DNA of 64,000 nt from Octopus vulgaris (Eukaryota). The notes beneath the pieces are model-generated. The model saw nothing but the letters and a program-made list of their open reading frames with translations. It searched no databases and had not been told where the DNA came from. Below, one piece after another: positions 1 to 13,639 of the stretch; position 1 is the first letter of the stretch; each line of letters begins with the position of its first letter. The position numbers were made by a program, and so were the translations under genes. The stretch spans positions 23,312,001 through 23,376,000 of the forward strand of contig OX597829.1 in NCBI GenBank assembly GCA_951406725.2, given 5' to 3'.

Positions 1-140
1 GCGCCTTGCAAATCTACCAGTTATATAGAAGTGCATTGAAGAAAACAGAGGAGAGTGTATTTTAGATTTAAAAAGAACTTTGTTTATCTTAATTTTGAAA
101 AATAGAAGAAGTATAAAAAGACTGCATTATTTATGGGATG

Positions 141-185
<45 letters not shown>

Positions 186-201
186 GGAAACCGAAAGAAG
201 C

Positions 202-237
<36 letters not shown>

Positions 238-583
238 ATATATATCAGGCTTCTTTCAGCTTCCATCCATCAAATCCATTCACAAGACTTTGGTTGGCCT
301 GAAGCTATAGTAGAATTCTATTTAAATCCCATAACAGTGATTAAGTAAAAGAAACTAATAGAATTTTTTTTTTTAAATGTAATTACTGGGTTTCAATTTC
401 TTCAAGGCATTCCCCCAGCAACAGAAGTAAGTATAAAAAAAACAAAAACACTTTTCTAGAGTTCTTTGAGAAATTATTTAATACCATTTTCAATCTTGTG
501 TTTTCTTCATAAGTATTTACCTCAATGTAACTTTTCATTGGTTTACTAACAAGTATATAAAGATTCAAAAATTTATACATTAC

Positions 584-659
584 CCATAAAAATCACAGCA
601 GGTTGTAGTTCCCTGGCGACAGCAAAGAGGGCGCGGACTAGTTTTTCTCCTTCTCCAAC
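584..659 (-). CDS. SPAST: Spastin AAA exon up to Walker B ([26 protein letters not shown]); gene continues past the window start
   Basis: tcaacag|GTT and G|gtaatg, 76 bp. Confidence 0.98.
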
Positions 660-1693
660 CTGTTGAGAAAAAAATTGATAAACTAAAATTTTATATACAA
701 TTAAAAATATCACTGTAAATTACAAATATAAAATATAAATCACATCTTAATATCACACACACACACATATATATATTATATTATATCATATTATATTATA
801 TTACACTTGTTGCACTGACACTCAACTCTAGTTGCATGGTTTCTTATAGCAGAAACAGTTGTAAGCTAATGTATGTGATTATGTAACTCCTGTTCTATTA
901 TCATTTATATAATGATTAATATTTTGTTTTTTATTCAACAGGAGTTATAAAAGTAATTCAAGGGCAAAGAATTTCATGTGTTGATACTTATTAAACTATG
1001 ATAAGTGCTGATGCACAAAACTCTCGGCCCTTAAGTCACTTGTGTAAACTTTCTGCTGGTCAAATATTAAATAGCTTTTGAGTGCTATTTCTGTTTGTAT
1101 TACCAAATACCTCTCTAATTCCCTCTCTTTAGTATCAACCAAATCTTCTGTGAGTTAACATGGGATCCCTTGGTGACAATGTAACCTTCATTTGACTAAG
1201 GTATCTTTGACCTGACAAGTAGCTAGCAGTTTACCCTACATTTAAGTAATTACTATATCCCAAGGTTCTCCCAGTTACGAAACGTATGTAACTTGGATTT
1301 TACTTGCTCCATTCCCCAAATTTGGATTTTATTCCTATACACAGCAACCCCATAAACCATAAAAATAACTTTTTTCTGCTTATCAAACTTCGATATAGGA
1401 AAAAATTTACAACCTTCTACACTATTATTCCTGAAAGTTATTTTTTATATCTTCTATGGATTACTTGAAGCTCACTAACTTGATCCTTGGATCTTATCTT
1501 TACACACACAAACATACATGTATTATTGCATTTGATTTATCTATAATTTAGCTTTCTCCTTTGTCACATGAACTCTGAAAATGCTTTTGTGTGTGTATGT
1601 GTGTGCGTGTGTGGTCAATAATTTACACTTTCATCCGACAAAATCCTAATCTTTTGTAATGTGGAGGGTAAGTGGAAATGATTCAATACTCAC

Positions 1694-1765
1694 ATATTTG
1701 GAAGTTAAACTGGCAGCACTAATATTGAAGAATGTAGCATTTGATTCATTTGCTACGGCTTTGGC
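1694..1765 (-). CDS. SPAST: Spastin AAA exon (AKAVANESNATFFNISAASLTSKY)
   Basis: ttccag|GCC and TAT|gtgagt, 72 bp. Leads into pore loop 1. Confidence 0.98.
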
Positions 1766-3552
1766 CTGGAATGGAAACAAGATAAATAAATGGATATTTT
1801 CCCAAGATTTTACCAGAAGAATATAAAAAAGAAAATGTAATATATAAATTTTAAAAAGTATGTAGACAGATCCTCTGCCAATTTCAGCTGTGATTATACT
1901 AATAGTTGAATCAGTTGAAGTAACTGTTCATTGTATTAAAATGTTAGTAGCTAAGTATTCCATAATCGTTTGTAACTTAAATGTAATTCTAAAATAGAAC
2001 TGGAAGACTCGTCAAGCTAAGTGAAATCGCAGTCATGGCTATTGCCAGAGTCATGTGAATGGTACCTGTGAAATCGTAACTGTCACCATTGCTGGTAACA
2101 TGATCTTCAAATCTTGGGCCTCGTGGAGGCCAAAGTGACGGAGACCTTTGGTAATATGCTGCACTTGAGAGGACTTGTCAAGCCATGTGAGAAAGTAGTC
2201 ACGGCCGTTACCAGTGATATGTAAATAGCACCCATGAAACCGTAGTCATGGCTATTGCTGGTGTCATGTAAATGGCACATGAAAAGCACCCATTATACTC
2301 TTGGGGTAGTCGATATTAGGAAGGGCATCCAGCCATAGAAACCATGCCAAATCAGACTGGAACCTATTGCAGCTCTCCAGCTTAACAGTTTCAGTCACAC
2401 CATCTAACTCATGCCAGCATGGAAAGCGGACGTTAAATAGTGATGATGAATTAGGCACAGGCATGGCTGTGCAATTGAGAAACTTGCTTCCCTACCACAT
2501 GGTTCCAAGTTCAGTCCCACTGCAAGGCACTTTGGGAAAATGTCTCCAACTGTAGTTCTGGCTTTGTGAGTTAATTTGGTAGATGGAAACTGAAAAAATG
2601 CCTGCCATGTGTGTGCATGCATGTTTGTGTTTTCTTGTCTTAACGTAACATGATAATTGTAAAGAAGAACCAGTGTTGTAAAAGCAGTATCATTCATTTC
2701 CAATATTCTGCAATAAACATGTCTGGCCATGGGGAGATATTTTACCTTGCTTGGAAACAAGTGAGGGTTGGCAACAGAAAAGGCATCTGGCTGTACAAAA
2801 TTTGCCTCAAAAAATTCTGTCCAACCCATGCAAGCATGGAAAAGTGGACATCAAAATGATTATGATGAGTCAGTGTGATACAATGATTTCACAAGGCTGT
2901 ACCTTTTCAATTACCAGTACACCACTCTAACTGCCATACACTTCCTGTCAACCTATTCTCACCGGTACTTACACTGACCCATGGCTAACATAGAGGAGGA
3001 CATTTATTCAATGTGCCACACAGTATTAATGAACAAAGACCTCATAACTGCAACGATAACTTTGTAACAATTCCGCTCATCTCAACTGATGGGACCTCAT
3101 TTTGCTTAAGAACTTTATAACACCATGTCACAAATAATGCATAACTACTACAATAGTAGATTATTATAATCCAGTAAATTAGTTTTTAATATTTAATTTT
3201 CATCATTATCATTTAACGTCTATGTTCCATACTGGCATGGGTTTGACAGGATCTGATGGGTTCAAAGGACAGTTTCATACTCCACTGTCTGCTTTGGCAT
3301 GATTTCTACAACTGCTTGCCTTTCCTGAAACCAACAACTTTACAGTGTGGACAAGGTGCCTTTCTCCCGGTATCGACACTTAAAGTTGTCACGCTGCTTG
3401 CAAGACTACAAACTTCGAAGGAGAAGGATTGGCTTCGTGCTAAGGGATAAAGTTCTTGTAGAGCTGCATGGCTACTCACATACAGATGAGGAGAAAATGA
3501 TCAGCATTGGTATATAATAAATCATCTAAAAAAATTATAATGCTTTATTACA

Positions 3553-3962
3553 TACTCTCTTTTACTTGTTTGTCATTTGACTGCGGCCATGCTGGAGCAC
3601 CACCTTTAGTCAAGCAAATCAACCCCGGGACTTATTCTTTGGAAGCCTCGTACTTATTCTATCAGTCTCTTTTGCCGAACCGCTAAGTTACGGGGACGAA
3701 AACACACCAGCATCGGTTGTCAAGCGATGTTGGGGGGGGGGGGACAAACACAGACACACAAACATGTACACACACACATACATACATATATATATATACA
3801 TACGACGGGCTTTCGGTTTCCGTCTACCAAATCCACTCACAAGGCTTTGGTCGGCCCGAGGCTATTGTAGAAGACACTTGCCCAAGGTGCCATGCAGTGG
3901 AACTGATCCCGGAATCATGTGGTTGGTAAGCAAGCTACTTATCACACTGCCATTCCTACGCC
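3553..3962 (-). mobile_element. tRNA-derived SINE, family A
   Basis: Pol III A/B-box head, ccttgggcaagtg core, internal TA/TG tract, gtaaaagag tail. Confidence 0.88.
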
Positions 3963-4189
3963 TAATATTACATTATTATTTTCTTATTAAAAGTGTGTGG
4001 AGAAAATCTTTGTAGCCAAACAGTATCATGTATTTACACATAGTACTGTATACATACATCGAATTTTAATATTGATTTGTTTATTCAAAGTTTTTTCGTG
4101 GTTTGGTGGGAAAATGTATAATTTTTGAAGTTTTAGTTAAAATATCAGAGTTGTCTCCCTTGTCTCCCAGATCAAACCATTCTCAAGCT

Positions 4190-4560
4190 AAAGCTACGAA
4201 CTCTTTATCGGTTTCCTGACGCCTATCCCTCCGACCAACACCACTCCGCCGAAACAATAGTAAATTTCTCCCATTGGTTTCCCCCCAATTGAACCTAAAC
4301 AGATAAACAGTAATATCACTTCAACATAATGTGCAAGAAAGCGTGACGGCGTCATATGGCTTTCACGTGTTACTTTAAATAACTTAACTTTTCTCGGTTT
4401 ACCACTTCGAATATGTTGACACACATGTTATTGTTGACTACATTAGAATAGATCTCAAATTAATAAAATCGTCATCTTTCCGCTGCCGCTTTTCCATACT
4501 TGCGTGAGTCTGTCGGAATTCGTTGGAACAGCTTTTCAACGGCCGGATGCCCTCCCATTT
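4190..4560. promoter_or_regulatory. CpG-retaining promoter-like patch inside a spastin intron
   Basis: Locally dense CpG, ATTGG and CCAAT, TGACG/CGTCA half sites, CACGTG. No transcript evidence. Confidence 0.3.
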
Positions 4561-4704
4561 ACAAATCCTCACCTATGATATTTTCCCCGTGACCACCAGA
4601 CACGTTTTCATGGAAACGAAAAACATCGCCGTACGACAATGACATTCGTTTACAACTATCACACAATGTCGAGGCAAGGAAACTGTAAAGCGCGCGCGCA
4701 CACA

Positions 4705-4754
<50 letters not shown>

Positions 4755-4827
4755 TGTTGTGTCTGGGGAGAGAATATGCTTCAATACACGAACTCATATA
4801 AAGAATCTTGCAAACCAAATCCCAAAA

Positions 4828-4892
<65 letters not shown>

Positions 4893-5102
4893 CTTGTCCA
4901 GTCGCCGCTAGATGGGAGTTGTTCGCTCCCTTGTTTGCAATATATTGGACACATATTGTGCCATTAACCATGTGGAGGTGTCTACCGGGGGTTAAAAAGA
5001 GTAGTAACATTGTCCTATGCAGAACAAGTCTCAGGCCGGCCAAAGCCTTGTGAGTGGATTTGGTAGACGGAAACTGTATATGTATGTGTATGTATGTATA
5101 TA

Positions 5103-5612
5103 CTAGCAGTATCGCCCGACGTTGATCGGGTTTGTAAGGGAAATAACTATATAAGCATTTTTAGAGAGTTACTTCCCTTATAGATGCCAATTCGGGCTTT
5201 CTTAGCCATTTCTGTTTTGGTGTCTTCAAGCCATGAAGTCGTTGTTCTTAAAGAACGCTGGTCTCCTTGACAACGCTTTACGACGTTGATTTCCTTACAC
5301 TCCCTTCCCCACAGTTCACGAGGGAGGGAAGAAAGGGGAGAAGCAAACAGGTGCAGGTGTGACCATGGACGCCAACTCCGCCGCCATCGACACACGAAAA
5401 ATTATGCATTAAAATGGAATAAAAAATGATGTTAAATTATTTTTTAAATCGTAGACTCATCGTAGACGCGCGCTAATAGCCAGACGGGCTCAATATGAAT
5501 CACGACTATAAGATACCCGAATTTGGTTAAACTGCACCGCAAAATGGGAGTAGTTAGGAATCTAAATCGAAGGGGACAGACACTCACACAACTACAGTTT
5601 TATATATATAGA
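5103..5612 (-). mobile_element. Non-autonomous Helitron
   Basis: Minus strand starts A|TC and ends CTAG|T, with subterminal hairpin cccga-tcaacg-tcggg. Inserted in a TA tract. Confidence 0.88.
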
Positions 5613-5824
5613 TATATATATAAGCTTGTCCAGTCGCCGCTAGATGGGAGTTGTTCGCTCCCTTGTTTGCAATATATTGGACACATATTGTGCCATTAAC
5701 CATGTGGAGGTGTCTACCGGGGGTTAAAAAGAGTAGTAACATTGTCCTATGCAGAACAAGTCTCAGGCTGGCCAAAGCCTTGTGAGTGGATTTGGTAGAC
5801 GGAAACTGTATATGTATGTGTATG

Positions 5825-5891
<67 letters not shown>

Positions 5892-6504
5892 GTGTGTGTG
5901 TTTGTGTGTCTGTGTTTGTCCCCCCAACGTCACTTGACAACTGATGCTGGTGTGTTTACGTCCCCTTAACTTAACGGTTCGGCAAAAGAGACCGATAGAA
6001 TAAGTACTGGGCTTACAAAGAATAAGTCCTGGGGTCTATTTGCTCGACTAAAGGATATACCAATGGGTATAATGTAGTACTACATTAATACTATGTGTGA
6101 AAATAAGACGAGATGGTCATTTTTTAAATCGTAGACTCATCGTAGACGCGCGCTAATAGCCAGACGGGCTCAATATGAATCACGACTATAAGATACCCGA
6201 ATTTGGTTAAACTGCACCGCAAAATGGGAGTAGTTAGGAATCTAAATCGAAGGGGACAGACACTCACACAACTACAGTTTTATATATATAGATATATATA
6301 TAAGCTTGTCCAGTCGCCGCTAGATGGGAGTTGTTCGCTCCCTTGTTTGCAATATATTGGACACATATTGTGCCATTAACCATGTGGAGGTGTCTACCGG
6401 GGGTTAAAAAGAGTAGTAACATTGTCCTATGCAGAACAAGTCTCAGGCCGGCCAAAGCCTTGTGAGTGGATTTGGTAGACGGAAACTGTATATGTATGTG
6501 TATG

Positions 6505-6571
<67 letters not shown>

Positions 6572-6800
6572 GTGTGTGTGTTTGTGTGTCTGTGTTTGTC
6601 CCCCCAACGTCACTTGACAACTGATGCTGGTGTGTTTACGTCCCCTTAACTTAACGGTTCGGCAAAAGAGACCGATAGAATAAGTACTGGGCTTACAAAG
6701 AATAAGTCCTGGGGTCTATTTGCTCGACTAAAGGATATACCAATGGGTATAATGTAGTACTACATTAATACTATGTGTGAAAATAAGACGAGATGGTCAT
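5439..6800. repeat. Near-perfect 680 bp tandem duplication; a third partial copy lies at 4891-5100
   Basis: 5439-6120 recurs at 6119-6800. One substitution seen (caggctgg/caggccgg); microsatellite lengths are equal. Confidence 0.95.
6119..6292 (-). mobile_element. 5' part of the same Helitron, produced by the tandem duplication
   Basis: Identical to 5439-5612. Confidence 0.85.
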
Positions 6801-7126
6801 GGCTTTCATCATAGCTATGCTGGATTGGGACTAAAACGGGCTAAAACAAGATAGAAATTTCAAACCGTCCATTGTTGTCAATAAAGTTACCTCCCCTGAA
6901 ATATTTTACACCACAGTCGTTACTGCTGATTAAAAAGAATAATTTCATTTCAATGATAACGGGAGTGGTAAAAAAATGTTCTCCCCAACCACAAAGTTCT
7001 GGGTTCTGAGTTCACTCCGACTGTATGCCACCTTCAGCGAGTGTCTTCCACTATGGCCTGAAGCTGACCGAAGCCTTGTGAGTTGATTTGGCAGACGGAA
7101 ACTGAAAGAAGCCCGTCGTGTATATA

Positions 7127-7523
7127 TCTTTATATATAAAAGTGAGGTTGTGTGCTGTCTGTCTCCTACGATTTAGATTCCTAACTACTTCCACATTTTG
7201 CGGTGCAGTTTAACCAACACCGGGTATCTTATAGTCGAGATTCATATCGAGCCCTTCTAGGTATTAGCACGCGTCTTCAATGAGTCTACGATTTAAAAAA
7301 AAATTTACCATCAATTTTTCCCATTTTTAATGCATTTTTGGCATATATAAGGGAAGTAACTCTCTAAAAATTTATTATTAAATCTCAAAACGTAAAAAGC
7401 TACAGTAACACCCCACCCTTTGTGGTTAACCATATTGAGATGGCTATTATACTTTACATCTCTAAAAATGCTTATATAGTTATTTCCCTTACAAACCCGA
7501 GCAACGCCGGGCGATACTGCTAG
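7127..7523 (+). mobile_element. Non-autonomous Helitron, related subfamily, inside the TA tract of a SINE
   Basis: A|TC...CTAG|T, hairpin cccg-agcaacgc-cggg. Both ends homologous to 5103-5612. Confidence 0.88.
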
Positions 7524-9074
7524 TATATATATATATATATATATAGGGTGTGTGTGTGTGTGTGTGCCCGCGTCTTTGTGTCTGTGTTTTCCTTCATCCC
7601 CACCACTTGAAACCGGTGTTGGTGTATTTACGGCCCCGTAACTTGGCGGTTCGGCAAAAGAGACCAACAATAAATACCAGACTTCAAATAGAAATTAGTA
7701 CTGTTATCGATTCGTTTGACCAAGATTCTTCAAGGCGGCGCCCCAGCATGGCCGCAGTTTAATGAGTGAAGCAAGTAAAAGATACAAGAACTACAAAAAA
7801 CGGCCCTGCACCCCAACTTTACAAAATCTCTTATGTAACCACAATCGTTGCCACCATCATCACCACTGCAACCAACACTAACACCACAGCCACCACCACC
7901 ACCACCACCACCATCATATTAAAGCAGTGTATTACAAATCTTGCTTTATGGATGCTGGCAGAATTTTCTTTTTCATTTTTCTTTCTACATTTCCTTTTTT
8001 TTATTTCTTTATTTCAAATTTTACATTATTTTTTTTTTTTTTCTAGGAATCAAAAATTGATTTTTTTTTTTTCCCTTCAGATATTATAATAAAATTATTT
8101 TGCATCCAAATTTCTCTTGCTAATGGCAAAGCACCAATTTATATTAAACTGCATCAATTGATTCTGCAAGGCAGTATTAAACCCAAGAGAAAATGAAGCC
8201 AATGGAAGAACATTTACTTGACCTGCTAGAAACATCAACAAAACCTTCTTCAATTTACAACCATCTTAAAAAGAAAAATCATATAGTCCAACATAATACG
8301 CTATCATCATCAACTAACATCTAAGGGTCGACCTCACTTTTCATCCTTCTTAGATTATTATCATCATCACCATCATTTACTGTCCACATTCCATGCTGGC
8401 ATGGGTTGAACAGTTCAACAGGATCTGATGTGTCTAAGGTCTACACTGAGTCCCAATGTCTACTTTGGTATGGTTTCTGCCCTTCTGGATTCCTTTCCTA
8501 ATGCCAACCACTTTACAGCATGGACTGGGTGCTTCTCTCATTCCCTCTGTACTATTAAGACTGCCATGCAATTCACAGGACTATGAACCCTGGTGAGGAA
8601 AAAGGGATTCAGCTTCATTTCCTCAGGAATGAGAGATTACAATGAGAGGCTTGTGGGAAGGGTCTTGTAGAAGGATCAGCATAGTTACTCACATCTAGAG
8701 GGAGCAAAGGCAAGGCAATAGGAGTGGAGGAACTATAAGAACACCAAACCAGATTCCTTGTAGTGATTATTCCAGTTCTTTGCCTTCTGAGTTCAAATAT
8801 TATAATGGCCTTCTTGATTCACAAACTAATCCCTAACCCATTATATGGTCCACCAACACCACCACCACCACCACCTGGCATTTTGGGTGTCTTCAGTGAA
8901 CCTGCTTTCTCTTTCTTCTTCCTCCCCACTCTCTCTCTCTCCCTACCTCCTTCTTACTAGTCATGTAAACCTTGTAAAGGGGTCATGAACATTGGCTTTC
9001 CTTTGTAACCCCCAAACAAAAAATTAACAAACGCATTTGCATTTACAACAGGAACAAAATGTGAAACTATATTA

Positions 9075-9176
<102 letters not shown>

Positions 9177-9916
9177 TTAAAGGAAATTAAGAATAACAAA
9201 AAAAAAAAAAAGAAAGGTGAGACAAAAATTAACAATTATCATTAATCAATAACTAATCATTTCAACATATACGAGTGTTTTATTATATTGAAAATATTAA
9301 TATTTTAAAACATCTGAATTTGAATGTTTGACTTTACAAAATTTGAGTTTATCTTTTACCTGTTTCTTTCATTAATCTGTGACCATGCTGGAGCACCGCT
9401 TTACAAGATTTAGACATACAAATCAACCCTAGCACTTTTATTTTTTAAAGTCTGGTACTTATTCTGTTAGAAAATGAATGCTCAACACCACATTGATAGA
9501 TAAAGGTACTCATCTCCATTTTGGAGGCACTTGAACAATTGTTAAGATCATTTCACATTAAACCATTCGTTACCTTGTTAGCCCACGAACAAGGCATGAA
9601 AAGTGCATACACACACACACGTAAAGATAAGATCCCAGGATCAAGGTATAGGCAGTTAGTGAGCTTCAAGCAAAACGTAGATGTAAAACTCTCAGGAACA
9701 ATAGTGATTAATTGGCACAGAAGGTTGGCGCATTTCAATCAAATTCCCAACAAATTAACACAGGATCTCTTAATGACAATGTAAACTTCGTATAATCAAA
9801 GTGTCGTTAGCCTCAGTGGCTTGCAATCTACTCCCTCGTTTGGATAATTTACATCTGCTGAGGTTCCGCTAGCTGTGAAACCTATGTAGCCTGGATTTTA
9901 TCAACTCCATTCCATA

Positions 9917-9961
<45 letters not shown>

Positions 9962-10293
9962 GAATTAGAGATAAAACCACTATTATGCAACTCAAACATA
10001 AATAACAAATGGGTTACAGAGTTTAACTTGAGCTGATGAGCCAGGGAGCTGCACCGGGTTCCAGTCTGATTTGGCATGGTTTCCACACCTGGATGCCCTT
10101 CCTAGTGCCAACCATACTATGAGTATAATGGGTGTTTTTACGTGCCACTGGCATAGGTGCCATTTACATGACACTGGCAGCAACCACAACTACAATTCAT
10201 GGGTGGGTGCCATTTATATGGCACTGACAACGACCATGACTACAATGCATGGGTGTCCTTTACATGGCACCAGTAGCAACTACGACTACAATT

Positions 10294-10333
<40 letters not shown>

Positions 10334-10952
10334 GTGTGTGTGTGTGTGTGTGTACACAAGTGTGCATGCATGTAATTATGTTTCCAATGTTACATCTCCT
10401 CTAAAGAAATAATCAAACCCATAGTTACACATTGTGACTTTCTTCTGAAATAAATGCAGAGCAGCCTATTCAGTGAACATCACTGTTACATTCTTTTCAC
10501 TGAGCACCAGACACAGATATTAATAATTTCTATATAGCAGGCATTGCTGTGTGGGTATGTAGCTTGCTTGCCAACCACATGGTTCTGGGTTCAGTCCCAC
10601 AGTGTTTCACCTTGGGCAAGTGCCTTCTACTATAGCGTCAGGATGACCGAAACCTTCTGAGTGAATTTAGTAGACGGAAACTGAAAGAAGCCCATCATAT
10701 ATATACCAGTGCTGGTGTGTTGATGTCCCCTTAACTTAGCAGTTTGGCAAAACAGGCTGATAGAATAAGTACCAGGCTTACAAAGAATAATTCCTGGGAG
10801 TCAATTTGCTTGACTAAAAATCCTTTAAGGCATTGCTCCAGCATGGCTGCGGTAAAATGACTGAAACAAGTAAAAGAATAAAAGAATCATATGTGAAAAC
10901 ATAAAACTAGTGACTGGTAGTCAGGATGAAGGTCAAGTGGAAAAATAATTAC

Positions 10953-11017
10953 CTCAGGTCGCAGGGAAGGTAAAATAACAATTTCTTGCAGGGCTTGTTT
11001 AGCAATTTGTTGTCCAG
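10953..11017 (-). CDS. SPAST: Spastin AAA exon ([22 protein letters not shown])
   Basis: tttttag|CT and GAG|gtaatt, 65 bp. Near-identical to human [22 protein letters not shown]. Confidence 0.97.
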
Positions 11018-11767
11018 CTAAAAACATTAAAAAAAAAGAATTAAAAATTTTAAAAGTAAAACTAAAAAGCTCACACAACAGTAAATTGCATGGGTATACG
11101 AATTATTATTATATAAATTTAACGTATTGGATTTGAAAGGAGGAAAACTGAAACCTGTCATGTGTATATCAATCTCTCAATCATCATCATAATCATTTGA
11201 CATTCGTTTTCCATGCTGGCATGGGTTGGGCGGTTAGACAGAAGCTGGCAAGCCAGAGGACAGCACCAGGCTCTACTGCATGTTTTTGGTAGGGTTTTTA
11301 TGGCTGGATGCACTTCCTAATGTCAACCACTTTACAGAGTGAACATAATACTTTTTACACAGCACCAGCAATGGCAGGGTCATCAAGTAACTTGCAAAGT
11401 GAAGATCCTTTATGTATGTGTATGTGGGGGGGTTCCTAGCTACATGGTTTCGGGTTCAGTCCCACTGCGTGGCACTTTGGGTAGGTGTCTTTCACTATAG
11501 CCCCGAGCTGACCGGAGCTTTGTGATTGAATTCGGTAGGTGGAAGTTACTGCCGTGTGTGTATGTGTGCGTATAGCTGCTCAGTGCCTCTCCGAAAGAGA
11601 GAGAGGGGATCATCATCGATTAATGTCCATCTTCCATGCATGCATGAGTAGGATAGATGACAGGAGTTGGCCAGGTAGAAAATTTACCTTAGGCTACTGT
11701 GTCTGTTTTGGTAAGGATTCTACAGCTGGATGCCCTTCTTAACACCAACCACTCTGCAGAATGTATG

Positions 11768-11861
<94 letters not shown>

Positions 11862-12618
11862 TAAATAGATACATACATACACAGAGACATACACACAAAC
11901 ACGCACATGCGTAAGTGTGTGTGTGCGTGTGTGTATGTGAGAGTGCGAGTGAGTGAGAGAGAAAGAGAGAGAGAGTGTGTGTGTATGTATGTTTTGCTGT
12001 CTCCATTCCTTGACCGAACATGATAGTTGTAAATGAATATCACCATTATGCATGTGGTGTCCATTTCCAGTCTTCCATGAAAAAACGTGTCTGTCTATGA
12101 GGAAATTTTACTTTGCTTGGAAACAGGTGAGGGTTGGTGACAGGAAGGGTATCCAGCCATAGAAAATCTGCCTCAACAAATCCCATCCAACTCAAGTGAG
12201 CATGGAAAAGCAAACACTGAAATTATAATGATGATGAAAGAAGCTGTTGTCAACATCAATATAATCATCATCATTATGTATACAGTAACGTCCCATTTCC
12301 AATACAAGCATCGTTGATGATGTATTCTATATACAATGTAAGGTGGCAAGCTGACAGAAACATTAGCACACCAGGCAAAATGCTTAGTGGTATTTCATCT
12401 GTCTTTATGTTCCGAGTTCAAATTCTGCTGAGGTCAACTTTGCTTTTCATCCTTTCAGAGTTGATAAATTAAGTACCCGTTGTGTACTGGGGTCGATCTA
12501 ATCGACTGCCTCCTCATCCCCCAAAATTTCAGGACTTGTGTCTAGAGTACAAAAGATTCTATATACAATGTATCAAAATTCCTCACACCCTTGTCATATC
12601 TGCAAACCTCACATCTAT

Positions 12619-12684
12619 AAAAATCTGACTTGTTAGTAGGAAAAATCTGACTTGTTAGTAGGAAAAATCTGACTTGTTAGTAGG
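12619..12684. repeat. 22 bp x3 perfect tandem repeat
   Basis: aaaaatctgacttgttagtagg repeated three times. Confidence 0.95.
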
Positions 12685-13325
12685 AAAGGAATGACATGGA
12701 ATGAGGAAGATGTGCAAAATATCCACAAGCTCTGTTTCTGGTTCAGTAGTTTTTGGGATAAGAATAACTTGTCTTGGGAGAAAATATGTTCAAACAATTC
12801 TAAATTTGTGGAAACTTTCCTCACATATACCATAAGAAATATAAAAACTTTATAATTGATCTTTGTTGGCATAAGACCTGATACCTTTTCTGCATCCAGT
12901 TTTTGATTTATTTGCCATTAATTTAAAATGTATGACTATTTCCTCTGTGATAAAATATTCCAAGTCTCTGCTGCTGCTTCTTTTATGACTTATACAGAGG
13001 AAGGCAGACAATGTCCAAGACAAACCATTTTTGCAGGATTTCTGAGACAGTAGGGGAAAAGGAAGAAGGTGCCACAAATCATGAGTAGACACAGGTAGGA
13101 GTAGACACATTAGGAAGCAATGGGTTGAGATAAAAATTTATCCTTATATCAGAAATATAATCTGGATGCTTGTATTAGAGTGGACCCTGATAAAGGAACC
13201 CTGTAATGGTCCAAATTATAGTATCAATACAGGAAACAAATTAAGTCTACTGGCAACTCATATCAATATATATATATATATATATATCAATATGACAATT
13301 ATAAAACTCAGTGTGTGTGTATGTA

Positions 13326-13380
<55 letters not shown>

Positions 13381-13383
<3 letters not shown>

Positions 13384-13545
13384 TAGAATTCACAAAAAAA
13401 AACAAAAGACAAAGACAGGTGGTGTAGACAACAAACAGATGCTCGGGAAGTGAAAAAGTCTTTAATGTTTCGAGCCTACGCTCTTTCACAGAAAGGAACA
13501 CAGAAAGAAAATAAAGAATGTGTAGTGGCTAGCGATCTATCATGG

Positions 13546-13548
<3 letters not shown>
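13381..13548 (-). mobile_element. Penelope-like fragment in a (TA)n tract with a degenerate minimal hammerhead
   Basis: Minus strand cttt-CTGTGAAA-gagc(gtag)gctc-GAAAC-att-aaag at 13460-13495, flanked by (TA)n on both sides. Confidence 0.5.
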
Positions 13549-13584
<36 letters not shown>

Positions 13585-13639
13585 AATATGTCACTTATTA
13601 AGATTAGTAGAAATGAAATAAAATAAATATGAAACTTAC

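Noticed and set aside
1-20. Possible next spastin exon (tag|ATTTGCAAGGCGC, reading ..FARR)
   Set aside because: The next exon must begin D-E of Walker B; this gives DLQG in that phase, and the intervening exons are not present in 20-583.
4573-6620. ORFs with YIYIYI/THTHTH runs, here and throughout the ORF track
   Set aside because: Translations of (TA)n and (CA)n tracts and SINE bodies.
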